A DNA stretch of 64,000 nt from Tubiluchus corallicola. Its lineage: Eukaryota > Animalia > Priapulida. The notes under the pieces are model-generated. The model made no database searches. It was given only the letters and a program-made list of their open reading frames with translations, and was not told the origin of the DNA. Location: NCBI GenBank assembly GCA_030141605.1, contig JAQGDQ010000876.1:21262-85261 (forward strand), given 5' to 3'. Of this stretch, positions 24,325 through 36,613 are shown one piece after another. Position 1 is the first letter of the stretch. Every line of letters begins with the position of its first letter. The position numbers and the translations under genes were made by a program.

Positions 24325-26306
24325 TGCTTTTATATACAGAAAGTAATGAAAAGTAGTAAAGAGATATTTAAGTAGAAACAATTTACTGTCAGGTAAGTTT
24401 ATTTCACTCATTTGGTAAAGACAATAATTAGATTTTACTAATTCTGTTTACTATTTGAACATAGTAGATTTTGCTTCCATAACGTACTGTTTGTCACTGT
24501 TTTGTGACCAGAAAATTTAGAAAGTTGTTAGCTTTTTTTAACATGTTTGAAACCCAGATTCCCTAATTTTTTTACACTGTCTGCTGGTACCCCTTCACCC
24601 ACCATGAGCAAAATAAAGAACCAACACTGATGTAATGTCATGAATATTTTTATTATATATGTTATACGTATTGCTCCAATCAAGAGCACTTAATGAGAGT
24701 TCAATGAGATCGCTGCTGTTGCATCGCAGAAACTTTTTGAATTGCTGTTCAATTTTCGACAGACTTTACTCTCATGTCTCCGCAGATGTCAAGGCGGTTT
24801 GGGGCTTTTGTCTCGATTGTCACCATCACCGAAAAGCCTGCTTCACACAGGAAAAATTCACTGAAAGCTTTACAGTGGACAGGGGTCAAGACCTCAACCA
24901 ATAACCATGAATTGTTGGCACAGTCAGTCAACAGAGATGTCTGAATCACCCACTGATTATTATATAACACGACTTTCTTAAAATTGTCTAAGAGTCTTCT
25001 CATGTGATGTTCGCTAGTACCCCAGGTTGGAAACCAAGGATTTAAAGATATGTCTAATAAGCCGTACTTGAAAATGTTTGATGTTGGAAATGTTGTCACG
25101 GCGTGATATAAGAGTGCCGATGATTGCATCACTCATGGATAAATTAACGTTGTGATACATCGTGGCAAAAGAGGAACTTTATCAGGTTACTGGAGTATAG
25201 GTAATTAGGTGTGCTCAGAGTATGGTGGAACCGTTGTGTGTGTGAATAGTATCAATCGCTTTCATCTTTCTATTGGATTGATGAGCACTGCTCGCGTTTT
25301 TTTCGTGAAATGTTTAGTGGTATAGTTTATTGATGATGGCTGTGTCTAAATTATTTGCTTTGGGCCATAGTCGTCCGTGGGAATGAAGCGGTGAACGGGC
25401 TGGCAACGGGTCATTGGTGATGCGATGGAAAGGCTGAGAGGGATGGTGGGTTGGTAAAACCAAAATGTTGGTTGGTATGGAGCATTTCAGTTACGCAAAT
25501 TGTTGTACTTGCAGCAGATTTTTTTGTGTGAAACGTACCTGCAGTTTTTGCATACCTACTTATTCTTTATGCTATAATATTTAAAAAAAGAACGTCTTAC
25601 TGCCTTTTGAACATATAAGTGCTACAGCTAAACGTTCTTTCAGGAACAAGAAACAAAAGCGCAGAATTATGAAAACAATAGAAGCATAAAGCAGTTACTT
25701 TTGTTTTTTTTCAACTCAGCGCTAATGTAAAAAGTGATTTAAATTTGGGCAAAATAAATTTTCTGTCGGAAACTGCGTAATTTCATGCAAAAATATCTTT
25801 GCTAAAGTATTTTTAAATCACACTGTTTTTGTAATTTATCTGTTTTTAAAATAATAAACGCACCTGGAGTTCTTTCTTGCTGTGCAACAGGTATGTGGAT
25901 TTAACTGCTTTTAGCAACTCTTACATTTTCTGGTGTTATTTTCTTTGTTTATGGGCTTGAAAGATTTTATCAAGCTATTGAGCCAAAAAATAGGCTTTCA
26001 TTGTGTATATATGGAAAAATATATATGAAAAATATATGTATATGTGCATTGTTATCACTGTGCATTGTATCATGTGCATTGTTATCACTGAAAGTTTTAT
26101 ATCCTGCTGTCTAATTGGAAATAAAAAGTATCTATATCTGTTGTTATCAGTAGTGGTAGTAATATTTATTGACTGCCATAAATAAACTGTCTTGACAGTG
26201 CATAACAACGACAAGAGCATTAACAGAACTGGATGATTGTCCGGAATTTTCCCATTAATCTGCAGTAACAACGTGAACAATGACTACAAAAACATTTACG
26301 TAGTAC

Positions 26307-26640
26307 CTTAGACTTTAGTCCTTCCCATGCATGGATGCACATTGGGCAGACAGCATTTTCCACTGTGTTCTATCGGCAGCTTCTCTTTCGATGTTCTCCC
26401 AACGTCTGTTCATAGCCCGAAGGTCTTCTTTGAAAGATCTGCGCCACGTTGTTTTTGGCCGACCTCTTTTCCTTTTTCCACCAGGTGGTTGCCAGCGTAA
26501 CGCTATTTTGGAGTGGCGCTGTTCTGGTAGGCGTAGAATATGTCCAGCCAATCTCAGCTTTCTCTCTGCGACTATTTCCTGCAACCGCCTTGACTGCACC
26601 TGCTGTAGGACTTCCACATTGGTAACATGGGAAATCAGTG
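26307..26640 (-). mobile_element. 5'-truncated RTE-like LINE with TSD
   Basis: RKLRLAGHILRLPEQRHSKIALRWQPPGGKRKRGRPKTTWRRS (RT C-terminus); perfect 10-bp TSD TACGTAGTAC (26297, 26641). Confidence 0.88.
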
Positions 26641-27203
26641 TACGTAGTACGCAACATAGTTATTATTTTTAACTGTTAATATAATGCCACGCTTGTCGAT
26701 ATAATTAATAAGCCGAACTTATGCACGGTGGTAGTTGGCAAGACAGAAACTTGGCCGTATTAACAAGGTAAGTTCACATTCTTACTTACCTTAATATGTG
26801 TAAGTATTTGGGTGTGGTCGGGCACAAAACAACAGGGAGGAGGATGGGAGAGCTGGCAGGGATGTGCAGTTTGAAAGGGGAAAAGGTTGCATCGGTACAG
26901 GTGGGTGGGTGCTCACGGCTTATTTCTATTTTGTGTTACTCACCCTTCACAATTAATCTTCATTGTTGGAACTTTGCCAGTTTTTTTAATTTTGTTCACT
27001 GTACTGATACTAAAAAGTAAGAAGTAGAGCATTAAAATGCTTAGAAGATTGAGCGAGATAATTTAAATATGTTATAGCTCACTTAGGTGTCAGAAAAACT
27101 CCTTTTTACATTTCTGTATTTAAAAAAGTCTGATAAAATCGTCTGAATTTTTACCTGATTTTACGACGTTGAGGTTTGTACTAATTTTAACACTTTTTAA
27201 CAG

Positions 27204-27391
27204 GTACATAGAGATTTTCAAAAGCAGCCTGGTAGAAGTGGAAAATGCTGTCGGTTTCGGAGGCGGAAAGATGAGGAGCCTCTTATCCGGTCTGAACAAT
27301 TTGCGACCGGGACCATACGACAGACTGGGAGGAAGCGGAGGGGGTGGCGGACGTTTTGGTGGCGGAGGTGTAAGAGGAAACAGGTTTGGCG
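27204..27391 (+). CDS. HNRNPH/F: hnRNP F/H, coding exon 5 (qRRM2 end, RPGPY PY-NLS-like motif)
   Basis: 188 nt; YIEIFKSS...LRPGPYDRLGG; donor gtaagt. Confidence 0.94.
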
Positions 27392-27874
27392 GTAAGTTTA
27401 GGTCAAGCACCCCTTTTTACTTTTGTATCCTAGACTAAGCTTATGTCTTAGCAGAGCAAAGTCAGTTCATATTTGTAATTAATTGACATTTTTAGATTTT
27501 TGCACGAAAATTATTAACACAGCAAGAAACTAGTCAATTTATTTATTTATTTATTTATTTATTTATTGATGCAATTATCAACAGTTATCTACACACTTTA
27601 TGTAATTTGTTGGAGTTGTGTCATAAATAGTATATTGAGATAAACAAACTTGAATTGAATTGAATTGTTATTTAACAATGTTAAAATTTCAATTTTTATC
27701 CCGTACATTGTACAACATTAGTTGAATATAAATTAACCTAAACGTTTTAGAATATTTGCCTTGTGCAATATCCTTGTTTAAAATTCACTTTAATCATTTT
27801 CTAGGATTTCTTTTCTAAGTCGTCTGTGCATCTTTTTCCGAATTGCAGTTTTCACCATTCACTGTTTTCACTAG

Positions 27875-28149
27875 GTGGACTAAGCTTTTACGATGACGAC
27901 TTTGATTTTGGCGGAGGTGGCGGGGGAGGGGGCGGCGGTCGATACGGCGGACGTGGCAGTGGTGGCAGCGGCGGCGGTGGGGGCGGCGGTAGTGGCAGAA
28001 TGGGAGGAAGTCGTTCGGGTCGAGGTAGCAGTTTTGGAGGTGGACGCGGAATGGCCAACACTCAATTTCCAGAATTTGTGAGTCAGACGGGTCATAGCGT
28101 TCACATGCGAGGCTTGCCATTTAAAGCTACACAACAGGATGTCATACAG
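27875..28149 (+). CDS. HNRNPH/F: hnRNP F/H, coding exon 6 (Gly/Arg-rich region and qRRM3 start)
   Basis: 275 nt; ...SQTGHSVHMRGLPFKATQQDVIQ. Confidence 0.93.
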
Positions 28150-28899
28150 GTACAATGGTAGATCTTGTAATAATATTCTTTTATTTTAGTACTATATTTT
28201 GTACTCACATAGTTCTGTTGAAATAGTGAGCCAAACAAATTAAAACCTATGTTAATGACAGAAGACTTCCTTTCTGGCAGTGAGAAAGGCTAAATTGTCA
28301 GAATCATTGTTAAGTACAAGTATGTCAAAATGTTTCGTATTTTTCTTTAGACCAATTAAACTGACTAATTTGTGTTTTATACAGCAGGTAAACAAAATAA
28401 CATGTATATAAATTAGATAAAGAAAATAATATGTATAGTAGTCGCCGCTTACTAGACTCACTTTGGGACCGACGTGTTTTGACCCAATTAACCGATTGAA
28501 CCTATTAACCGATAGGTGTTGTATTACTGCTATAGAAGTATGAGTCGTCAGTTTATTATGCACTGCAAAGGTTTTTAGTCAATTTTAGAAATGAAGTAAT
28601 GCCTAAATTCCTTTGTGTAGTTAAAAATTAGGAAAAAAATTTAAAATATTAATTTATATAAGTGAATTAACAATAAATTAAAAAGTGTACGGTTCTACAT
28701 CACACAAGTGTGTTTATTTGCAAAAATTACAAAAATTCCTTCAAAGTCGGCTGCTTCTTTTTCTCGCGAAGAAGTTAGCTCACAAAGTTCTCGTAATTGT
28801 AAAAACGTTGAAAATCTGTTATTGTGCGTGACTAAAACAGTTCTGAATCGTGATATCTGGATATATATATCTCGTGACAGTCTTGAACTAGTAATTTGA

Positions 28900-29170
28900 C
28901 TTCTTCTTCTTCTTCCCAGCTTTTCCCTATTCGGGGTCGCCGTTGTGAATGAGTCTTCTCCACGCATTCCTGTTGTTGACCATCTCTTCATTTATGTCTT
29001 CCCTTCCCACATGATCTTCACCGACTCTTCTTTTCAGGTGTCCATACCATCGCAATCTTGCGAGGCCTCCACTACTTTCACTGTTCCTCCAATATTACTA
29101 TTTCTAATTTTATCTCTTCTTGTTATTCCCACCATCCATCTCAACACCCTCATCTCCACCACATCTCACA
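28900..29170 (-). mobile_element. RTE (BovB-like) LINE 3' fragment with (GAA)n tail
   Basis: Minus strand EMRVLRWMVGITRRDKIRN remnant; 3' end ggcgaccccgaatagggaaaagctgg(gaa)n shared with 35905-36122. Confidence 0.78.
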
Positions 29171-29570
29171 AGTGTATATTTAAACAATGTAATTAACCTA
29201 CTAAAGAGTAAACACTGCATTTTCAACCGCTTTTGCTCTCTCTCTCTTTTAAGATAGCAATTACTCACTGTACTGATTGTTACATATCTACGGTACACTT
29301 CACAGCTGCAGCTTGAGCTACTTTACGTCGTTTTTACCAGAATGTGGTGAAATGCCCTCTAATTTGCTAAATATCACTTTATCATGATACGCGGGTGCAC
29401 GTTGGCGGTGTGCATATAATGAGAGAGATCACGACGCATCGTTACAGGCCTAGAAAATGCAGCTGCAAGTTCGCATAAATATTGTTTTGAATTTGACACA
29501 ATTGCTGTCATTACCTAGTGATAAACTGGTTTGGCTATTCGTATATATTAATTCTACTGGTATGGGCTTT

Positions 29571-29903
29571 ATATATATATATGTATATATATAAAAGATT
29601 CGAGGCTACAGATATACGGCTCTTTAGAAAGAGGAAGAACAGGGCTATACGATGATGTAGGACATATTTTAGGGCAGGTCCAACGAGTTAATTAGATGTT
29701 CCATTTTTGGCAATTTTCGCTTGGAAAACTGCTGACGCAAAGCCATTGTTCTGACGTCATCCATTATACTCTGTCTATAACTTTAATTCAGTAAAAGCTG
29801 CTGTTGGCTTTGCGTTATAAGTGAGGACTGTGTAGGATGTTTGCGTATTATTGATTATTATAAGTGTATTTATACGCAAAATGTTTTGCTGGGCCTTTGC
29901 TAG
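29571..29903 (+). mobile_element. Non-autonomous Helitron-like element copy 1 (internally deleted)
   Basis: (TA)n 5' end; 3' hairpin remnant followed by ggcctttgCTAG|T; shared with 45240-45634 and 54666-55399. Confidence 0.72.
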
Positions 29904-29960
29904 TCGTATATTAATTTTTATTTTTTACCACTAATTATTGTGTGTATTTATCTTGACTAG

Positions 29961-30096
29961 TGGTTTTCCCCTATTCCCGTGATGAATGTTGTTTTTGAAC
30001 ATGGTCCTGATGGCAGAGTAACGGGAAAAGCAGATGTGGACTTTGGTACTCATGAAGATGCTGTCAAAGCCATGGCGAAGGATAAAGGCAACATGC
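29961..30096 (+). CDS. HNRNPH/F: hnRNP F/H, coding exon 7 (qRRM3)
   Basis: 136 nt; [45 protein letters not shown]. Confidence 0.94.
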
Positions 30097-30121
30097 GTAT
30101 GCATTTCGTGTATTTTATTTT

Positions 30122-31037
30122 TAGTTAAAACTACACAACTTTATTAAAACTTACTTTTCATAGTTAAAATCATGCCAAACGTTTCGTCAGACTAGTACCT
30201 TGATCATCAGTGGTAACTTTATTTTCAAACAATCAGCTATTTGTTACTGTATCAGTTTCTTTTCTTCAGGTCTGCTTATTCATTACCTATTTGTCTTTTG
30301 TAAATACATAATTAGTGCATAATTTACTTTATCAATTTCTTTACTGGTCTGTTTATTCATTACCTATTTGGCTTCTGCTAAATAGCGAATTAATGCACAA
30401 TTTGCTGTATCAATTTCTTTTCTACTGGTCTGCTTAATCATTACCTATTTGTCTTTTTGTAAATACATAATTAATGCATAATTTGCTGTATCAATTTCTT
30501 TTCTACTGGTCTGCTTAATCATTACCTATTTGTCTTTTTGTAAATACATAATTAATGCATAATTTGCTGTATCAATTTCTTTTCTACTGGTCTGCTTAAT
30601 CATTACCTATTTGTCTTTTTGTAAATACATAATTAGTGCATAATTTGCTGTATCAATTTCTTTTCTACTGGTCTGCTTAATCATTACCTATTTGTCTTTT
30701 TGTAAATACATAATTAGTGCATAATTTACTGTATCAATTTCTTTTCTACTGGTCTGTTTAATCATTACCTATTTGTCTTTTTGTAAATACATAATTAATG
30801 CATAATTTGCTGTATCAATTTCTTTTCTACTGGTCTGCTTAATCATTACCTATTTGGCTTCTGCTAAATACATAATTAGTGCATAATGCTCTATACTGTA
30901 GGCTCTGCCTATATAATCTGGTTGAATGTTTGTAAAAATTTTCCTCTGGTGATGACAGCAGTAGCTCTGTCGAAACGTTTGGCATGATTTTAACTATGCA
31001 AAGTAAAAGTTTTAATAAAGTTCTGTTGTTTTAGCTA
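30122..31037. mobile_element. Penelope-like non-autonomous structure: inverted pLTR-like arms with minimal hammerhead motifs
   Basis: Arms 30122-30213 (-) and 30944-31037 (+) are inverted copies; each reads CTG(A/G)TGA-stem-GAAACGTT-TGG...AATAAAG. Confidence 0.62.
30245..30887. repeat. 81-bp minisatellite, ~8 copies
   Basis: Period 81 (attacctattt at 30440, 30521, 30602...). Confidence 0.93.
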
Positions 31038-31261
31038 TTATATTTTGTTATTACACTTGTAAGCAAATATTTTCACTGTTGCATATTTTTTAACCTTTTT
31101 CCACTTTTTACTTTCACCTGTAATCACATAAGCGCTGAGAGTGGTAAGAGACAAATGCATCTTTATCAAAATGAATAAATAATGTTTCTCACTAGTATCT
31201 GAAGCCGATAATTTCTTTGTGGTAACTTTTTGTTAAAAGAAAAACTACACTTATCATACTG

Positions 31262-31759
31262 CAGGGATGAGAATTTTCCAAGGATACGCGGAATTCCGTG
31301 TTTTTGGAAGACCAGTAGTGCCATTTTTGTAATTCGCATAAATTCGTTGAGAAAATTTTTACGGACCCATTGCATTATTTCACAAGCTGACCGCTAGTTG
31401 TCAGGCCGTCACTTTGTTTACATCACGTACATCAGTGTAACCACGTGTATATCTCTATGTATAAAAATATAGAATCAATTGTGCGGAGTTATTTGAGTCA
31501 ATTGCAGACAGTTTTTATATACTTTTGCATAGGAGCGGCCAGTACTTAGGTGTTTTTGAGACAATTAGGTATCATGTATCCTTGATAGTTGGGTATTTTA
31601 AATTATGCATGAAACAAGGTAATTGATCTTTTAAGTCCACTTGGAGGTTCTCTTGAACCCCCATGGCGGCTTTGCCCCTCAACCCCATTGGGGGTCTAAG
31701 CGGCCCCCAAACCCCCGGGCCATTTCAGAGTTTTTTGCAATTTGTCATTCTCATTCCTG
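31262..31759. mobile_element. hAT-like MITE family E copy 2
   Basis: Near-identical to 22541-23048. Confidence 0.85.
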
Positions 31760-32258
31760 TATCACACTGAAAGTGTCTTTGAATCAGCATCAGTTTTTGA
31801 TGTACAAAATTGAGCCGCTTTTCCTGATTGATCGCAAAATAATTTTCAATCATATTCAATTACTATTCAATAAGATAGAACATTTTAGTTAATGAACAAT
31901 GTAAAACATTGCAAAAGTTAATGAAAGAATATTTTTGTCTATCTCATTCATCCTCAGTAATTTTGCGCCGTTTATCGAATTTAAAAAGTTTAATAAAAAA
32001 TTCGTTGTGATTTTCGTATGTGTTTACTTTGTTAATGTAGGCCGCATTACTCACTTGTGTTTTGATCACGTTTTTGTTTGGTTGCTTGGCAACGAAGTAT
32101 GACAACGAAAATCTACACTACAGTGGAAGTAGTAGCTATTGCTGTTTGAAATTGTGACTACTTGTAGCCAGCTATTATGCACTTGTTTTTAGTCAAGTTC
32201 GCTAGTATATTTACTTTAATTTCGTTCTTGTAATTTTTTCATTATTGCTTGTTTGCAG

Positions 32259-32339
32259 AGCACCGGTACATAGAGCTGTTTTTGAATTCTCAAGCATCGC
32301 CGCCTCGTAACATGGGGGGTGGTAATTTTAACCAACTTG
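32259..32339 (+). CDS. HNRNPH/F: hnRNP F/H, coding exon 8
   Basis: 81 nt; QHRYIELFLNS (qRRM3 end); donor gtaag. Confidence 0.93.
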
Positions 32340-32521
32340 GTAAGCTTGCGACAGTTTCTCATCATCTTCAATTGTTAATTTTACACATTTGTTTAACTAA
32401 ACATTGTTTTAAAAACTGTCCATTTTTGCTCAATTATCTTTTATGGTGTCTTGCGTTGCTGAATCAACTCTGTTTTTATACACAAAATTATTTATGTCCA
32501 GTAATAAGCAAAAGTTTATGA

Positions 32522-32953
32522 CAGGGGTGTGCAAACTGCAGCCCGCGGGCCACTTGCGGCCCGCCGAGAGATCTTGTGCGGCCCGCGAAGAGGTTTGTCA
32601 ACGTAATGAAAGTGTGGCCCACGCGATCCAGCTGAAGTCCGCGCCAATATCGCAAAGATAGTGCGGGTAGTTTTTTCCTCTAGATCGGATGGCATTAACT
32701 CTTACAAGACCGTTGTCACTTAATGTCACTGTCGCTCATGACGAAATATATGGTTTTTAATATAAATTTTAATAACTTCTAAAATAGTTTCTTGAGTGTA
32801 GTAGTGCAGTAGTAATGATGTGACAAATCAGATGCAAAAAAATCTTTTTTAGGCCCTACTGTAGTTGGCTCCTTGACCAAACTGCATATGGCCCACAGGA
32901 ATTGCGGGAATGTTTAATGTGGCCCTGCTAGTCAGATAATTTGCACACCCCTG
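32522..32953. mobile_element. hAT MITE family A copy 3
   Basis: Family TIRs plus perfect 8-bp TSD GTTTATGA. Confidence 0.92.
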
Positions 32954-33145
32954 GTTTATGAGATCAAAAAATAGTCATTCGATAGGCTATAGCTTAGCCC
33001 GAAATGTGTTTTTTTTTTACGTTTGTCCGAGCGATAAAGAATGGGATCGATTATGTTTGTTCAAATGATAATAAATACTTCTACCAGTGATATGATTATT
33101 TAAGATAAAAAATTGCAAATTACTTATCATGCGATTTATTTACAG

Positions 33146-33178
33146 GTGGCGGCATGGGTGGTGGTATGGGCAGTCAAG
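33146..33178 (+). CDS. HNRNPH/F: hnRNP F/H, coding exon 9 (33-nt Gly/Met microexon)
   Basis: tttacag|GTGGCGGCATGGGTGGTGGTATGGGCAGTCAAG|gtagc; phase 1-1. Confidence 0.75.
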
Positions 33179-33466
33179 GTAGCGTACATTTTGATTTTCA
33201 ACCGTGAATCTCTAGTTTTGCAGCATACAATTGTAGCAATTATAGGTGCTAGGTTTTTTATTGATTTGTGCAAGTTCTTTTACGAATCAACTTTTTATGA
33301 TTAGTGTAGAATTTCTGCAAATATACCGCAAAATAATTTCAATTGTAAATGTTTTACATGGTATTATTAAATTTATTGTAATTTGGAGAGCTCTAACCTA
33401 CCTTTTTATCAAGGAATACAGGTACACTGAACTAGCAGAGCCACCTCAGTCATTTTTTGGTGCATA

Positions 33467-34396
33467 TATAGGTTTTACACGTCAAATGTAGACACAGGAA
33501 AGTTCAAATGTGACTTAGGTAAGTCAAATGTAGACATAGGAATTTCGAATGCGTTTTGATAACTCAAATGTGACTTAGGTAAGTCAAATGTAGATGCGGT
33601 ACTTTGAATAAATCGGTAATTAACTCATTTAAGTGCAAATTACGAAAAGATAAAACCAAATTAAAATTATATTTTATGGTCATGGTGCTATCGGCAGCAT
33701 CAATTTTTATTATATTTAATTAATTTGCAACTATTTGTATAGACGTTAATACATTATTCAAATGTAAAGAAAATGTTTATTTGATAAGAAAAAAAGTGTT
33801 GTACATAAATAAGTTAACAATTATACAATTATTAATGCATACATCAATTCTACATTTTATTTGTCAATGTTTTACAAAAATGTTGGTAGAAAAGAATAAA
33901 TTGGTTCCCACTTCCCAATCAACAGTGAACCACTAATTAGTTTTTTAAGCAATGCATTAGCCCTGCAGTAATGAATTAGTTTCTCTCAAGAAACATTGTT
34001 TATTATAAGAATGTATTATTTTCTCTAACAGTTCCAATGGTATGTAAAGTTACAGAATATTAGTGAACCTATAACGTTGTTATTTTAACTTGAGAGCAAT
34101 TATTAAATTAAGATTAAAGGAGATTAAATTTAACATCCTTAAGCTTTACCACCTATCCACATTTGAGATACCAATGTCACATTTAACTTGACATGTGTCT
34201 ACATTTGATTTAGCAAAAATGCTTAAGATTTCTTGAAAACCATTGTTAACACATTAGAACTACCTAAGTCTACATTTGAGTTACCAAGACACATTTGAAC
34301 TACCTAAGTCTACATTTGAGTTACCAAGACACATTTGAATTACCTAAGTCTACATTTGAGTTAACGCAGGTCTACATTTGCCGTGTAAAACCTACA
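33467..34396. mobile_element. MITE family B copy 3
   Basis: Colinear with 247-1100. Confidence 0.87.
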
Positions 34397-34611
34397 TAAT
34401 TAAACGTGCTCCGTCAGTCAGTATAATAGAGTTGAGTGAGAAGAAATCATCCAGAAGCAGTTTACTGATGACTCCCATCCAGTTACTAACTAAATTCATT
34501 ATTGTTTCATTCTGTTAAGCACACGTTGTTGCAATTTAGCTAATTCTCTCATCCCAGCCTGTATTATGGTCTGGATGAGAAGTCACCTTATGTAATGATA
34601 TTCATTTTTAG

Positions 34612-34716
34612 GTATGGGCGGTGGAATGGGTGGCGGTGGCAGTTTTGGAGGCGGCTTCGGAGGTGGTGGTAACATGGGAGGCGGCGGCGGCTACGGAGGA
34701 GGAGGATTTGGAGGAG
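34612..34716 (+). CDS. HNRNPH/F: hnRNP F/H, coding exon 10 (Gly-rich)
   Basis: 105 nt; GMGGGMGGGGSFGGGFGGGGNMGGGGGYGGGGFGG; phase 1-1. Confidence 0.88.
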
Positions 34717-35065
34717 GTAAGCACGGTTGCTTATTTTATCAATGCAGCTTTAAGTGCAACGCACGTTTTATCACGTTTCATTGTTCTCGAAAATATTGTG
34801 ATTGGGCTATTCAGCATTATTGCTGAAAGAGAGAGAAATTCTACAGAAATGATTGAGGCATATTTAATGGTTCAGACTTTTGACTTTATAAAATCCAAAG
34901 TTTCCTGGTTCATTTCCAGGATGTAACTTGTTTTTTAGGTTCTGCATTTTTTTGTCATTCAAGTAAATTTGGCCTTGGATATTCAGTTATAGTATCAAGC
35001 AAGAAATGTATCTGATGACTGTCCCTGCCTGCTTACTTGCCGATAATGTTTTTATGTCTTTTTAG

Positions 35066-35187
35066 GTAATCAAGATGGCGGCTTTGGAATGGGCGGAGGT
35101 CCTGGTGGAATGGGCGGAGGCATGGGTGGAGGAGGCGGGATGAACATGAGCATGGGAATGGGAGGATCAAATTTCTCATCGTTTTGA
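35066..35187 (+). CDS. HNRNPH/F: hnRNP F/H, last coding exon
   Basis: GNQDGGFGMGGGPGGMGG...GGSNFSSF*; the 11 exons sum to 1494 nt (497 aa plus stop). Confidence 0.88.
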
Positions 35188-35358
35188 AAGACTGTCACAG
35201 TGAAGATTCATCCACAGGCGCTCGCCTCACACGCGCAGACATGCACTGTGTTAATGTGATTGCGTATTTCATTGTTTCAAAACCATTTGTAATCTCATAA
35301 AGTTTTCTAAATTCTTTATAACAAGGATAGTACGCATTTCATAAACAACCCCTATATA

Positions 35359-35795
35359 CAGTCAACCCTCATTAAACCGGACTAATTGGGGGTGGGGAGG
35401 TCCGGTTTAGCCGATTGTCCGATTTATCCGATATGCCTATATATGGTCTATATTATACAGGAATAATCACCTTAATAAGGCCTATATACATTGTACTATA
35501 TACTGTGCACTATATACTATACAGTATATTACTTTAAAATAGTTAACCTGTGAGGATAAAGAAATTAGCAAGTGCTTTCGATGGGATAAGCACACTGAAT
35601 TTTGGCGGGAATCGTAGCAGCCTGGGCGGCACAGCGAGCCGCTTCGGCCCGTCAACGGCTCGTAGTGAGTTGGTAGGCCGTGTTGTGTTTAGCGCTCCGG
35701 CTCGGTCGGAAATCGGTCAGTTTCCTTTACCACGGATGACGTCCGTCTTATCCGATATCCGGGCTGACGGGGTCCGGTTTATCGAGAGTCGACTG
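35359..35795. mobile_element. pogo/Tigger-like MITE family C copy 2, in or just after the hnRNP 3' UTR
   Basis: TA|cagtcaaccctc...gagagtcgactg|TA; reverse complement of 3313-3619 with a longer core. Confidence 0.82.
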
Positions 35796-35904
35796 TAATA
35801 AAAAATTTTCCATTTTTTATTAGTAAAAATTATCATATAGTCGATATTTATTATATATATCATATATTATCATATTTCGTACATCAGTTCCTGAATGTTT
35901 GCTT

Positions 35905-36122
35905 CTTCTACTTCTTCTTCTTCCCAGCTTTTCCCTATTCGGGGTCACCGTTGTGAATGAGTCTTCTCCGCGCATTCCTGTTGTTGACCATCTCTTCATT
36001 TATGTCTTCCCTTCCCACATGATCGGAAGCCCTTCCTGACCCTAACCCTCGCTATTTATCCGGGCTTGGGACCGGCACTGAGTTGGGCTGGCTTGCCCCC
36101 CCCCCCCAGTGGCTAGGTTTTG
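35905..36122 (-). mobile_element. Short bipartite RTE-derived retroposon
   Basis: RTE 3' end with (GAA)n tail fused to GC-rich cagtgccggtcccaagcccggataaat segment; 14-bp TSD ctgaatgyttgctt (35891, 36123). Confidence 0.72.
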
Positions 36123-36613
36123 CTGAATGCTTGCTTATCAGGTCTTTATCAAGCCAGATTGAAAACATTCAGTTATTGTCCAAGCTTTACTTACTAAATC
36201 ACTTAATGTTTGACAAGCTCCTGCAGTGTATTAGCACACGCTATAGCCATTCGACTATTCATTAAAATCATTTGCTGTTAGTAATCGTTGATGTTTACTT
36301 GTATGTGACTGTTTAATCGAACTTAATGTGCGTATATGTGGAATAAGTAATTTGTATATAAATTTAAATTTACCAGTTGCATTGAAACTGAATCGTTCAG
36401 CAGTTTAGCTGACCAAGGAAAGATTTTTTTGTAAATAGTATGATTTGATGTAGTTCTTACGTGTGCACTGAAACAATGAATGGTGTTGTAATAAATGAAC
36501 ATTGGAGACATAGCTAAAAACTTTCATTCTTATGGATTTGACTGAACCTAATGCTGTGTAAGCTTTTGCGGGGTTTAGAAAACAGCAAGTAATACAAAAC
36601 ATATTCGTCACCA

